64,000 bases of DNA from Haliotis rufescens (taxonomy: Eukaryota), in assembly GCF_023055435.1 (NCBI RefSeq), contig NW_025963802.1:742355-806354 (forward strand), read 5' to 3'. The position numbers were made by a program, and so were the translations under genes. This document shows positions 9,630 through 22,321 of the stretch, one piece after another; within the stretch, counting starts at the first letter, position 1; each line of letters opens with the position of its first letter. The notes below the pieces were generated by a model. The model was not told the DNA's origin, made no database searches, and saw nothing but the letters and a program-made list of their open reading frames with translations.

Positions 9630-10329
9630 TACGTCGCTGTGTCAGTGGCCTAGTCTTGAACACGACATTAAACACCATTTTTATATATCAGCTAGCTAGC
9701 GCATCACCAGTGCACCAGTGTAGGCATTCCAATTGAGAATATTGTCCAAGCACCAGTGTTTGAAATAGACATCGGCCCGTAGGCCCGAGGCCGACAGATT
9801 TGTTCTCGCGCTGATAGTTTTAAATTTCAGCAGGCCCTTAAGGCCTGCAGTTTATCTAAGTAATTATTTATTTAGCATTATTTAAGTAATGTGACACATA
9901 ACATTCATATTTATAAACAGTACGATTAGACCATTCAAATAGTGTATGACATGTAGTCGCAAAGATGTTTTTCAAGCTGATAATTTCCTGATAAATATAG
10001 GCTTCATCTATCACCACCGAGTCTCTGGGAACTGGGTGTGATAGCAGTAAACGATTCTGGTTGACTGGTTGTGTCTTGTAATTTATATTGCAAGAGTGCC
10101 TCCCTACTTCAGCTAAAACGCCTACTGTTATCCACTGGGCCTACAGTTTGTTTTTTTCCACTGGGCCTACAGTTTGTTTGTTTTAAAATGTGCTGTCCCT
10201 TAATGTTCTCTGTTTACTCTGCTGAGTTTCAGACACTGCCTAGCGCCCAGTAAAATGAGAATCGATTGGTCACCGTTTCTGATTGTGTCCCAGCACAATG
10301 TGTGCGGAGCAGTTCTGATGCTGTCAACC

Positions 10330-10475
10330 ATTGGCGTGACCCTCCAAGAACTCGATTATCTACAGACGTGATATAACTGTAATATTACGAACTGCGGTGT
10401 AAAACAACACTCGTCCAGTCACCGAGCTTGAACACCCGATCCATTTTAGTCGCCTCTTACGACAAGCTTGGTGTA
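10330..10475. mobile_element. Rearranged SINE-A fragment
   Basis: The segment gtccagtcaccgagcttgaacacccgatccattttagtcgcctcttacgacaagc matches the SINE-A body. An adjacent piece, cgattatctacagacg, is inverted. Confidence 0.4.
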
Positions 10476-11168
10476 ATAGGGACCATGTGAGTACATGTAT
10501 TACTCTGAGAGATGGAAACACGAACTACTCTTTCTATGGTAAACATGCAAGTTTTGTTTTAGATGACATAAACAATCTTTTCAACTTCATTTTTCAAAGC
10601 AAGGAACAACTAACAGAATTATATGGGTTTTATACCTCTTTTAGCAATAGTTTATAAATAGCAAGACTCGTGACAATAAGACATCACCAATTTGCGGAAT
10701 CGAAACCGGGGTATTCACCGGAACGAGTAAATACTACCCCAAAGTCCAATTTTCATATTGATCAGAAGATTAAATATCGAGTATCATATTCCCTTAGGAA
10801 TTACGTGGCAGTGATTCAGTAACTGGAGAGTAATTTACATACAATACGCTATGCTTTTCAAATACAGACCAACTCCCAGTCTTGTAATTTTCAAATTGAA
10901 CAACGTTATAAATCCGTGGTGTTCAAGCCAAAACTGTGTCGTAACAGGCAGCCACCGTCTGACTTTTAATTCATATTATTCTCGACATTGTTAGTTATCA
11001 AACCATAAAGTAAATTCCATGCGTCTTAATTATAATATGTGTTGACTTTCTTATTATCACACATTTCGTATTTCCCCGAAGCTTTTGCGACGCGAAATTG
11101 AATCCGATTCCACCTCACAGTTCGTTCTTTGCATTAACCCATGCGCGCAGATGATCGATCAAGGCAGG

Positions 11169-11234
11169 ATGGCCGTTCCTGCTCCAGGAGTTGATATGTT
11201 AGCGGAGCCAGTTAATGGCGACGTTGCCGATCAG
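11169..11234 (+). CDS. PUF60: PUF60 candidate first coding exon (MAVPAPGVDMLAEPVNGDVADQ)
   Basis: ATG sits in a good Kozak context (a at -3, g at +4), the donor is cag|gtattg, and the exon is in frame with the next exon. This region of the protein is only weakly conserved, so the real 5' end could instead be an upstream exon. Confidence 0.4.
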
Positions 11235-11961
11235 GTATTGTAACATTGATATTAAGATACTCAAGAATCAGAATATTATAATTTCAAATGCATTAGTCGC
11301 ATGTTTCTCTTTAATGCTGATCATTTTCCCGGCTTCGTTTTTCAAAATTTTAAGGCAGCCATTTTGGTTTGTCTGCGCACATGCTTCGCTCATTGTACGT
11401 CGCGTCCACACGTAGGCCTATATATTGACCGTATTTTGTAATTGTACGCTGACATTCTTGAATAAAACATGTCACTAGTTCTCTATTCTTGTCATTAGTT
11501 GTTTAAAACGCATTGCGTTTGCAGCTTTGGCTTCAGGGTTTAGTCAAAGTAAAAAATCTTTAGCCTAACTAGGCCTATTGCAAGTTTAAACATGCGCAGT
11601 TGGCACCATAGAAAGGTTTTTGCTTCTGGTCTTCTCCCAGGCCTAAGAATTTCTGTGGCTTAGACGTTTAGAGTCTGTGGCATGGAATCTAGCATCATTT
11701 CTGTCCTAGGCATGATTATTAATATTATGATATAAGTGGGGAATTTATGTAGGATTCCAAACAAAGTGCCAATGACAAGTAATCTGTCGAACAGTCGTTA
11801 TTTAGTTGACAATTGGGATTTTGTGAGCTCTTATTTTCGAAATTGACGAATTGATGCATTAATTTATATCGAAACAATGAGGCCTCTTTATTGACCCTGT
11901 TCTCAGTGAAATACAAGACATCTTTACAAAGCTGTGACATTATGTTTAAACATGAAATTGG

Positions 11962-12120
11962 GGGCGGTCGGGTAGCCTAGTGGTTAGAGCGTTCGATCGT
12001 CACGGGGAAGACCCGGGTTAGGTTCCCGACATGGGTACAATGTGTGAAGCCCATTTCTGTTGTCCCTCGCCGTGATATTGCTGGAATATTGCTAAAAGCG
12101 GCGTAAAACCATACTCACGA
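11962..12120 (+). mobile_element. SINE-B copy (PUF60 intron 1)
   Basis: Reads ggggcggtcgggtagcctagtggttagagcgttcgatcgtcacggggaagacccgggttaggttcccgacatgggtacaatgtgtgaagcccatttctg...ccgtgatattgctggaatattgctaaaagcggcgtaaaaccatactcac. Confidence 0.8.
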
Positions 12121-12880
12121 AACATGAAATTGGAAGTTCAGAAGCGTTAGTGACATTTGCTGAAGACTTGGGGGCAAATATTGGCCTCAGAGCAGATCCG
12201 GATCTGAAGATGGTGATTAAGGAAACCAACCAAAATCGATCACTTACATAAAATGTTTTGAAATAATTCCCAACACTTACATGCAGTGATAGACTTTCCC
12301 ACCCTCATAATTAAGGGGTACTGAACAAACTGATAACAATCTACACACACACATTGTGACACATACTTTTTCCATGATATATTGGTAAGAGACACATTTA
12401 TTGTTAAGTTTTATTGTATTCCTAAATTGTTTTGGCACTCCAAAAAATTGCAGATCTACTTAAATGTAGTATTTATTACATCATAAAAGGAAAGTAAGTG
12501 TGTATATATATATATATATCATACATAGCATCCACATTTGCTATTACATGCAAAGAGCAAATATTTCAGTTCATTAATATTCTCCTAAGTATGTTTTTCT
12601 CAATCTCATTTGGATTCACATCATCATGGTGTTCATACATGGATATTTATAAACTGAGCTTTTCATGAAGTATTTACCATCTAAGGACCCATTATATGTT
12701 TCCTTTTAACATTTGGGCCATGACCACAACCCCTTTACTTTGTTTAATTTCAAACACTGTTAAAGGTTTAGCTGTTATTGTCATGAATGTTCACTGTTTG
12801 GCAGATGGTATGTTTTGTTAAGTATCAGGTTGTAATTAGCAAAATTCCAAAATACCTGATCAACTTGTTGATGTTTTCAG

Positions 12881-12947
12881 GCTCCCGCACCAGTGCTGGG
12901 AGGTCCTGACGGTGAACCAGCTTTTAAGAAGATGAAGGTTGAAAGAG
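12881..12947 (+). CDS. PUF60: PUF60 coding exon (APAPVLGGPDGEPAFKKMKVER, phase 1 out)
   Basis: Acceptor is tgttttcag at 12872-12880 and donor is gag|gtatac. Its phase 1 ending joins the 16554 exon in frame. Confidence 0.5.
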
Positions 12948-15900
12948 GTATACACTGCATTCATTTCCTTTAGCCTGCTTTGGTTAGATGGAGCTACAGT
13001 TGGAATACAATAGGAACATCACAATGTTATCCTGTCTACGCTGTAGCAAAGTTTATCCAAGAGCTGCAACTTAGTTTTGTCAATAATTGATATGTATGTT
13101 GCATGTTATTTTCTTGAAAATATTTCCCACAACAGCAGAAACATCTGCTTGTAAACACAGATGTTTGCAAATGTTTTCTTAAATATTAATGTATTGTACA
13201 GCAATCTCGAAATAAATGTGAAACGATGCATCATTGGAATGAAAATGACCCAAAGTGTGGTATAGGTTGATGAACCTGTGCTTTTGTCTCTACTTTACCT
13301 TCTATATTTTCAGTTAACCTGATTCCAAGATTTCCCCAAGTTTCCCAGGTGTAGCTTATAGGATGTATTAGAACAACTAAAAGGAAACTGCCAATGTAGT
13401 CAGTTATTGGATGTGCTTGCATGAGTTTGTACCAGTAAGAAGGAAATATTAAAAATCTGAACTTCCACCTGTTCAAAATTCTAATTGTCGGCATGACTAA
13501 TAGGGAGACAGTGTTTTGCCCACTTACGACAATTGTTGACCATTCACTGTTTTTAACAACTAAGACTACTCGGTATTAGTTAAGTTGTTTCTGATGACGA
13601 AAGATACTGAAACATGGTGTGTAACTCTATTATGTTACGCTACGTCACATAGCATCGCAAATTTGTTTGCATGACACATTTCTTTCTGAACTTAGAAATA
13701 CGTAATATTCAGTCATGGTATTTAGTATGTAGTCAGTTTTGTGTGGTGTGCAGTTTTCATGAGAGACAACAGCTAAAATCTATGCTCTTCCTGTGTTTTG
13801 TATGATCCTCAGGATTCCAAGAAGTACTCAAAGGGAGACTACTCTGCCTGTTGAAAGCGTCCAGGATAACTTGCAATATACAGAGAAGCATTACTGATCA
13901 TGCTGTGTATCTGTTTACAAATGTTAAGAATATCAACATGACTGACATTTCTTAGAAGAATTCTGTGCATATATATTTCCATGAACCCAAAGGTGCTTTT
14001 CTGACTTGATAAATATCCTTGGTGTGTATTTGAAATAACAGAAAAAATGCCGGGCACATTTTCACTTGTTGAAATGCGTCAAAGACTGCTTTCTTGTCTG
14101 TCCACTGAATACTTTGAATTGTTGTCCCAGTGACATATGCCTCTTTCTCTCCATGTATTTTCAGCGTCAGAAATATTGATGTAAGAAAATGGGGGACCTG
14201 AGAATTCCATCCACATGATAACCTACTGACTCATACTGAGTAGTGAATGCCGGAATCAACTGCCGACGGCCCTCAGCATCATTCTGATTAATCATACAGC
14301 TACTTCATGTTATCTAATCTCAAACTCAGCACTTCTTTCCTCAAAGGTTCTGCACTTATTTGAAAAAGAAAAGTTTGAAAAAAACTAGACATGCGTATTA
14401 AACATAACCTGATTCGTTGTCATTAAACACAGACAATTGTCTTCTATTGTTTTCCAAAAAATGTTTTGAGATCTTAAATATGATCAAGAGAAATGAATGA
14501 TCAGTAGACATATATTGTTAGGTAGCCCGAAGCTGCTAAGTAGGCAGTGATCTAATGCTGTCCCTTTCTCTGTCTCTGTGTTTTCAACAGGAGCGTGTGG
14601 ACATAATACAGAGGCTGTCTCCGCGTGAAACGTGTCTGATGAGCTGCAAGGCCATCCGATTGGCTATGAAATGGTTACATCAAGCACAATAACAAGTTGA
14701 CATTGTTTAGGTTCTCAATGGGGAAAACCCTCCTGTTTACTGTGTGTATACTCTATGTTGAAATTGGGGTACAAATGTTTTCTGTGAACCAAAGTTATTA
14801 GTTTGTGGGTATGATGCTTGTACTAGTAACAGATGTTTTGCAAGCACATTGTCTTGAAGTTTCCTTAGTATTAAATATTTAAAATTAATAATGCTGCAAT
14901 TGAGGACATTTTAAGAAAGTTCTCATTTTTAATTTGTATGTCATCATGTGAATATCCTTTAATTTGTTTCACACTCTTAAAATGTTCTCAATTTCAGATG
15001 CTATTCATTGAAAGTAGAATACTCATGACGTCATCCTAAGTGCAACCGACTTGATGTTATGAATATGTAGAAGCGATGACTATTATTTTATTTTACAGAT
15101 AGAAGACGAGATTCTCGACAACCAACTCTGTTCTCATCCTTGCTCAAGCATTGTTAAATGGGTGTTATGCAATCAAGCCACTCAACAAAATACTTTGCTA
15201 CACTAAGTAACATGTTGAGAATATTTTCTTAATGTTTTCTAGTGTTATGTGAGTGTATCTTATGTTTGTTTACTTATGGGCATGGTGGGTAATCTGTATA
15301 TTATACATATGGACAGATTGCCATGACATTTTGTAATAGCTCAGTGATAATGGTTTTGTGGCATAAGACTCATTTCAATGATGTAGACATTCTTTGCAAT
15401 CTCATTATTTGTCAGTTCCAAGTCAGTTTTGATTCTAGTGAAGTTGGGTAATTCAGCATGCAGTCATCTTTCCTGTTGTTCTGGAGATGTTGTTGTCTCA
15501 GAAATGGAATAGGTTTTGGAACTTTTTTTCTGAGCTTTTTGTGGTACACATTTGTCGCATGTAGGATTTCAGATCAGTCTGGCCTGTTTCTCATTACATT
15601 TGCATTTCTACTTGAAGTTTTTAAAGTCAAGTTTAGGAGGTAAAACCTTAAGATCCTTGGTTCTAATACATGATGCTATGCCCCTGGGATAGTTCTTGTC
15701 GTGATTCCTGTGCAGTGAGAAAGGGAAATCAAAACTCAAACTCTGTGGTAGTTTTTGCACCTGTAGTGCAACTACAGAAAGCTTAATGTCAGTATCCAGG
15801 TAATAATTTTGATTTTATATTAACAGATTGAATTTTGTCATTAATTTCCATCAGAAGAGGTTAGGCTAGTCGCAGACCTTTGACACGATGTCTGGTTATG

Positions 15901-16553
15901 AATCCAAAGCTTTTACACTAAGTAGTGCTGGTTCCTTTTCGGGCTGTAGGCCCATGTATGCCAAACTCTTGCTTTCTGTTCCAGGCGAGACGTTCAGTTC
16001 CAGATGATGTGCAAGAAGACTCCTATATGCCAATTACTAATGATTTCTTTCTCTTCTGTTTCTATGTTTTTCATACTGGTTTAGAAGCACTAAGTGTCGT
16101 CACCTATGAGCCAGGTTAATGACAGCTTCTGTCCCTGATCAGGCCCCTCAGCCCACTAGTAGGGCAAAAACAGAGGCCTAGCATACACCACGTTAACTGC
16201 GGTAAACATGTTTATGTGAAGTACAGCTTTTTCATCAAATTGTCACTTGTTTCTGGGTTTTAACCTTGTCTACCTCTATTCCTTGGTTGATTCAGGAAGC
16301 CATCGTGTCTGTCTTTACACATTGCATTCAACTTTGCCGCTCGTTGACTTTCAAATTGAGAAAAGGGACATGATTTGGTTGAGAATTTGGGTGTAGCAGG
16401 ACGGGTGAGAATTGGTTTTAGTCTTGAGTTATTTTTAGTTGTGTTCAGTATCCAAATTTCTGCCGGAATGTATGAAGCCAGGTTTGTTGGTAAGACAGAC
16501 ATGGATAGGCTTCAAGTTGTTGACTTTGACTTACTAGTATATTATTGCCACAG

Positions 16554-16756
16554 ATGATGATGAGCTGTTTGCTCCTCAAGCGGACCAGACAGGGTCTGTT
16601 CTGGAGGGTCCGGGTGCGAAGAGGGAGATGAAACCTTTCAGTCTGCCAAAATTAGGATCATCACAACAAGATTCCATAGCAAGAGCCAAGAAGTATGCAA
16701 TGGAGCAAAGCATTAAGAGTGTTCTTGTCAAACAGACAATAGCTCATCAACAACAA
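16554..16756 (+). CDS. PUF60: PUF60 coding exon ([68 protein letters not shown])
   Basis: The segment [24 protein letters not shown] is nearly identical to vertebrate PUF60. Acceptor is cacag at 16549-16553 and donor is caa|gtaaga. Confidence 0.85.
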
Positions 16757-16847
16757 GTAAGAAGTTACATAGTCCTTTTAGTTTTAGTTTATTACATGAC
16801 CCCAGTGGGATGTTGGTGTAGGTCCCCTGTTCCCTCGCAAGAGATGA

Positions 16848-17022
16848 GTCACATGATCAGGTGGACAGGCTCACAGACTTGGTTCATGCAGGTCATCATA
16901 TCCCAATTGCATGGGTCGGTGCTTGTGATGTCAATTACTGGATTGTCTGGTCCAGACTTGATTATTTACAGACTGCCATCATATTGCTGAAATATTGCGC
17001 AGTGCGGCATTAAGTAAACCCT
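16848..17022 (+). mobile_element. SINE-A copy (opposite orientation) 92 bp downstream of a PUF60 exon
   Basis: Reads ggtggacaggctcacagacttggttcatgcaggtcatc...gactgccatcatattgctgaaatattgcgcagtgcggcattaag. The six-frame ORF 16628..16990 is a read-through of the exon plus this SINE. Confidence 0.7.
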
Positions 17023-17235
17023 ATTCTTGTCATGTCAATCATCTAGACATCACATGTGACATGAAGATTTTTTACAATCATGCTTTCGGGTGTCCTGGTT
17101 CTTATGTGATTAATTTCAGTTTTCATGCTGACAGAACAATACTAAGTTTGGTGTGACAATATAGCGCAATATATATTTCCATGTTATTGTTATTTTTGTT
17201 GTGAAGTATGAAAACCTGTTCAATTTTGTTTTTAG

Positions 17236-17294
17236 CAAATGCAGAATTTCCAGAACACTGTTCAAAGACAACAAGCTTTAGCACTAATGTGCAG
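17236..17294 (+). CDS. PUF60: PUF60 coding exon (QMQNFQNTVQRQQALALMC, phase 2 out)
   Basis: Acceptor is ttttag and donor is ag|gtatgg. It matches PUF60 ...QRQRALAIMCR. Confidence 0.8.
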
Positions 17295-17586
17295 GTATGG
17301 TTTTCTTCATCACTACTATACAAAACTTCGGAGGATGAGTAATTCCTATGTACCACGCTGCAGTTAGGATATATTAATTTGAGCTTTCAAAATTTTAATG
17401 TTTAATTTTAATTGATATTGTAGCCTATTCTTGCAGCTGCAACTTCAACAACTAGTTCAAAGTCTGAATTTAGTGATTTTTTAATAGTAGGTTGTAAGTT
17501 TTAAGATCAGACCCTCCAGTGGATTTTTTCTGTGCTTTGTATGTAAAACTGGAACAAGTCTAAAAGAATATTTGATTGTCTTTCAG

Positions 17587-17800
17587 GATTTACGTAGGCA
17601 GCATTAACTTCGAGATAAAAGAAGACACCATCAAGCAAGCTTTTCTTCCGTTCGGCCCCATCAAAAGCGTCAATCTGTCATGGGACCCCATCACCAACAA
17701 ACACAAGGGATTCGCATTTATCGAATACGACGTTCCAGAAGCGGCCCAACTAGCCTTAGAGCAGATGAATGGCGTTATGATTGGAGGCCGCAACATCAAG
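17587..17800 (+). CDS. PUF60: PUF60 coding exon, RRM1 ([72 protein letters not shown])
   Basis: Very high identity to PUF60 RRM1, with RNP2 IYVGSI and RNP1 KGFAFIEY. Acceptor is tttcag and donor is aag|gtggct. Confidence 0.9.
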
Positions 17801-19212
17801 GTGGCTTGATATTTGACCGTGATACTTCATATTCCCTTAGAAGGACATACCCTCTGGTTTAGTTTGGCACTTCGATAAAATCATTTCATGCGTTTGCACA
17901 CCAGATCTAGACTAAAAACATTTTCAAATAAATAAAGTTCCAATTTTTTTAGAATGTTTCAAGGGGATAAGGCTCTTAAGGCTCTAGCAGTTATCTTGAG
18001 AAATGTTTTGCAAACACATGATGTAGTCACACAAAGAGGCAGATTTCAAAATCAATTTACCTGTAGTTTTGTTGCTTTTTGAATTTGTGAGGCGCCTATG
18101 AGTTTACAAATAAAAGCTTGGTTTTGTGAACTAAAGAAATCCAGTAAGTATATCTATACATATGCAAACGTCCTGCATTCTAAGAAATTGGCATTAGTTT
18201 TAAGGTTTGTCATTATTTTAGAATAGTTTGATTAATCTGCATCTTTCTACCTGCTTTCAAGACCAACAAAATGATGAAATGTATTCAAATAATTTGACAA
18301 TTGATCATTTATTTTCTTAACACATCATTTGTGTTTTCTTTCAATTTTGTTGAAGAGAAAAAACGTGTCTTGAAGGCCACCTTTTTGGGTATGTCCTACT
18401 AAGGCGAATAATAATTAAGGCAAACAATTACAATTATTTTGTTTATATCACTATCCAGCTGATTCTTCACTAGACTGTTTGTTCTTTTGTGTTTTCTTAC
18501 CCGTAGTTCTGACCAATATAATGCTAGAAAAATGAGATATTTTGAAGGACTATTTTTGGTTCTATAATCACAATGTATGCTAATCTACCATAAACCATGC
18601 TCTCGAATTTATTATCTTTACATGCGATAATATTAGACCTGAAGCTGTCCAAAGACGAAGAGCGCCAAGAGATTTGGCTGAAGGGAGGTAACTCTATGTA
18701 TTAGCCAGCTGACACTTGAGGGTGGAATGCAATGGGTGTAGTGTTTCAGAAAAAAACTTCGTACCTACGAGTTTTTTTATTATAAAACACAAACTACAAC
18801 TTAAAACAAGTATTAGTTCTTTGTTGAGCTTATGTTTACAATATTCTTTTGTCAAGATGGCCTCCAGAAAAATATGTAAATTCAGGGTATATGCCCTGGT
18901 ATATGTAAAAGTGATAATACAAGCTATTAATTGAATCAATTTTTGCAGTATGAAAGGTTGTTAAGACTGAAATATCAAGGTTTCATTCATTCTTTCATCA
19001 TGAACATTAATGTTTTCCCTACCATATAGAGTTGGTATTGCAGTAAGATACTGTTCTAGCCTTTTTCCCATTTAATGATTTGCACACCTGCATGTATGAC
19101 ATTTTCAACTGCTTAATTAAGTTGTGTATGGGACTGTTTTGTTGTTGGAAGGTGTGTACCATCAGTTAAGGATGTTTTGATGTTAATAGTTATTTTGTGT
19201 ACATTGTTTCAG

Positions 19213-19340
19213 GTGGGACGCCCCAGCAATATGCCACAAGCTCAACCAATCATTGAACAGTTAGCAGCAGAAGCCAAGAATTATAATAGGATATATGTAG
19301 CATCAATACACAGTGATTTATCCGAGTCTGACATCCAAAG
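19213..19340 (+). CDS. PUF60: PUF60 coding exon ([42 protein letters not shown], phase 2 out)
   Basis: Matches PUF60 [42 protein letters not shown]. Acceptor is tgtttcag and donor is ag|gtaggt. Confidence 0.9.
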
Positions 19341-19596
19341 GTAGGTTGTTTGCAGAACACTGATGTTATTGCAGGTTTGAGAAAATTCCCTTGTGTTGCT
19401 GCTTGGGTGATTGATTTCTAACAGTACAGGGCTAGAAAACTGGAACTTTCTGTATGGTTGGTAATCTTCTGGAAGTTAAAAACAAGGTTATACAACATTA
19501 TGGCTGCTAACTTTCATAAAACATATTACAAGAAACTAGATAAAAGGAGGTATGCGACAATGGATGATGTTTGTGTCCTAAACATTTGAAGTACCT

Positions 19597-20290
19597 TATT
19601 TTCTTGAGTATAGTGCGCACCCATGTATAATGCGCACCCCCCTCTAGCGGGTTCAATATTTTGGAAAAAAAGAAATTTGAATATTATGCGCAGAATTTTT
19701 TTACACCGTACCCTTTCAGCGAAGTCCGGCAAACAAAAGAGTGCTGAGAAACTTTGTCAGTACAAATTCGAAATTTGAGATAAAAAATCACCAGACATGT
19801 TTATTTACTGTTTAAATAGTATTTATTGTTCTGCTAGGCATTGTTTTATATTTAGGGATTAAGATTACCTTGCGTATTTGCGTAGATGTATCCATTCTCT
19901 GTCAACTAAAGTTTGTTTCAAGGCGTCAATAGCAGTATTCTGACCGTGGTTGCTGTTAATGACGGTGAGTTGTGCGATCTTCCGATCGCTTCACACACGA
20001 TTTCGCCGAAATTAATAAAAACAATATTATAAGGAAGTTTGAATAAAATCAATGAAATAAGTTACAAACATAAGTCCAGATATACATAGAACGCTTTTTA
20101 TAGCCAGACAGTGTAATTACATAATTATTTTGCGTACTTCAGTATGGATTTGTTGACATGGTGTTTCTTGCTCACGGTAATGTCTTTCCATGGGGGAAAA
20201 AAACATCCAAACTCATAATTCGTGTATAATGTGCACCCCCTTCTACACGGCTGTGTTTTTTCGAAAAAAAGTGCGCACTATACTCAAGAA
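19597..20290. mobile_element. Candidate MITE-like element (about 690 bp) with TIRs of about 24 bp, in a PUF60 intron
   Basis: The left end tattttcttgagtatagtgcgcac is the reverse complement of the right end gtgcgcactatactcaagaaaata. A subterminal motif, catgtataatg(c/t)gcaccccc(c/t)tcta...ttttt(gg/cg)aaaaaaag, is present in direct orientation near both ends. Confidence 0.45.
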
Positions 20291-20560
20291 AATACGGTAG
20301 TCCATTGATGAATGGCATCAGATCCCTGTCCCATGTAGATTCTCTGATTTTCTTTCCATCATAATTAAAGTTGTATTTAGGCCAGCTTAATTTCTTTAGC
20401 TGAATTGTCCTACTGAATCCTGTTGAACAGATATTTTTCATAAAGTGAGGCTTGGATTGATTTTTGTCTCATTTTGATTGTAGTGAAAGTTGACAGAATC
20501 TTGCAACATTGCTGCTGAGATGAGAGAATATTAAGATTTAATTGCCTGTTTGTGTTCCAG

Positions 20561-20632
20561 TGTATTTGAAGCTTTTGGTCGTATTCAATCATGTAAACTA
20601 GCCCTAGATGGATCCAAACCAGGAAAACACAA
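20561..20632 (+). CDS. PUF60: PUF60 coding exon, RRM2 part (SVFEAFGRIQSCKLALDGSKPGKH)
   Basis: Matches PUF60 [24 protein letters not shown]. Acceptor is gttccag and donor is aa|gtgagt. Confidence 0.85.
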
Positions 20633-20875
20633 GTGAGTATCAACTTTTTATTCTGGAGGCGAAATATTCCATTGCAAGAAGAATATATCCATATTCTTAT
20701 GTCACTATTGTAATAGTTTCTTAATTTGAAGACATTTCTTGGTATGCAGAAAGGTTGGTTTTGTATAACTAATGAAACATTTTCCAAAAGATAAATCCGT
20801 TCAAAGAAAGAAAATGATATGCATACAGACCATTTTTCACAGAAACCTGTATTTATACAATTCTGTCTTTGTCAG

Positions 20876-20978
20876 AGGTTACGGCTTCATCGAGTATGAC
20901 ACCCCCCAAGCAGCTCAAGATGCGGTTTCCTCCATGAACCTATTTGATCTCGGTGGCCAGTTTCTCAGAGTTGGCAGG
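20876..20978 (+). CDS. PUF60: PUF60 coding exon, RRM2 part ([35 protein letters not shown])
   Basis: Matches PUF60 [35 protein letters not shown]. Acceptor is tttgtcag and donor is agg|gtaagc. Confidence 0.9.
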
Positions 20979-21126
20979 GTAAGCCCTTTGAGCCTTGGTA
21001 AATGTTTTCTCAAAAGAATTATTGATGAAGGTTTACATTTTGACTTTTGATATTTTGATTGATATCTTATGGAGTACTTGATTTAAAACGATGAGCCCAA
21101 TGTTAATTTTTTTGTTGTTTTGTTCA

Positions 21127-21261
21127 GGCTATCACTCCCCCAGATGCTCTACAGGCACCATCAGGCCCTGGAAGCATGCCCACAGCTGCTGCTGTTGCAG
21201 CTGCCGCTGTCACGGCCAAGATCACAGCATTAGATGCACAGCAGGCTGCAGTTAACCTGGT
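21127..21261 (+). CDS. PUF60: PUF60 coding exon (Ala/Pro-rich linker [44 protein letters not shown])
   Basis: Corresponds to PUF60 AVTPP...[24 protein letters not shown]. Acceptor is tgttcag and donor is ctg|gtaagt. Confidence 0.8.
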
Positions 21262-21474
21262 AAGTTGTCTTTGTTTCATCTTTAACAGCCAGTTTTGCTG
21301 GAGACTTCACACTTCAGAAGTTATCTGAAAACAGTTGGGTTTCTGACAGTTTTCCTTCATGAGCAACTAAATTAACCTTGATAATGAGGTATTGCTGATG
21401 TGATTATGAAGTTGATGAGTTTGTCAAATTAGTGCTAAGCCATTGTTTTAATCTGTCATCACTTCTTGTTTCAG

Positions 21475-21700
21475 GCTCCACCAGGGCTCGCCATGCCGAC
21501 AACACTAGGAAATGGTGTGGGGTCACCTGATGTGAATAGAGGTGGTGTGATACAGCCAGCTGGACTAGCCATGCCTACTGTGTTGGGGCAGGCTCCTGTT
21601 TTGTCTGCTCCCTCACAAATTGCTCCACCCACTGTTATCAGTATGCCCTCCGTTGCTAGTATTCCTGCTCCACCACCGCCAGCACCAAGCAATCCTCATG
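21475..21700 (+). CDS. PUF60: PUF60 coding exon (low-complexity A/P/G/V linker, phase 1 out)
   Basis: In-frame continuation APPGLAMPTTLGNGVG...PAPPPPAPSNPH, analogous to the vertebrate PUF60 linker. Acceptor is tgtttcag and donor is catg|gtaagt. Confidence 0.7.
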
Positions 21701-22321
21701 GTAAGTTGCATGCAAGCTGTGTAGAAACAACCTACTTGCTGTTCACTTCATCAATATCAATAAGAACCAATTAGCACAATAGTACCAGGGGATGCCGGGT
21801 TAGAATTACTCCCCAGCAACCCATGCTGGTCGTAAGATGCGACTTAATAGATTGGGCCATCAGACTTCGTCTCGGTTGAAGGCGTGTCCTTATTACCCCA
21901 ATTGTGTGGATCATTGCTACCAATATTTGCCGCTGGATTGTCTGTTTTGATACTCAGTTATTTACAGGCTCCCCTCAGGTAGCTGTAATATTGCAGAGTG
22001 GTGTTAACAACAAACAAAGCCCAATAGGAACCCTGTACCCAATGTTGTGAAAATGTGTCACCTGGCTGATTGTATGTAATTGTCACTTCGATCACACTAT
22101 GACCCAGTACTGAATACTTACCCATACCTAAATAGCTGAACTTTTGCTGATTCTACAGAAATAGTAGTGAGTTTCATTAAAAGTTATCATGAAGTAGGGG
22201 AGAGGAGGTTGCTGATCTCTGCCTCAGTTGCATTCTCATTGTAACAAAGTCATGCCACGAAGACCTGCTGTTGGTTCCATTTGGGTGAAATGTTGGATAT
22301 TTCAGTAATTGTTCCTAATTG

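Noticed and set aside
14590-14690. Exon-like segment with an acceptor tttcaacag and the ORF ERVDIIQRLSPRETCLMSCKAIRLAMKWLHQAQ*, plus a second candidate at 15098-15170
   Set aside because: Neither segment keeps the PUF60 reading frame when entered from exon 2 (phase 1). Each hits a stop within a few codons. Without transcript data they cannot be called alternative exons.
16628-16990. 120-aa plus-strand ORF
   Set aside because: The first 129 nt are the genuine PUF60 exon ending at 16756. The rest is read-through into the intron and an inverted SINE-A.
21466-21774. 102-aa plus-strand ORF and a 73-aa overlapping minus-strand ORF
   Set aside because: The plus-strand ORF is simply the PUF60 low-complexity linker exon extended into intron. 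The minus-strand ORF is an antisense artifact of GC- and Pro/Ala-rich sequence.
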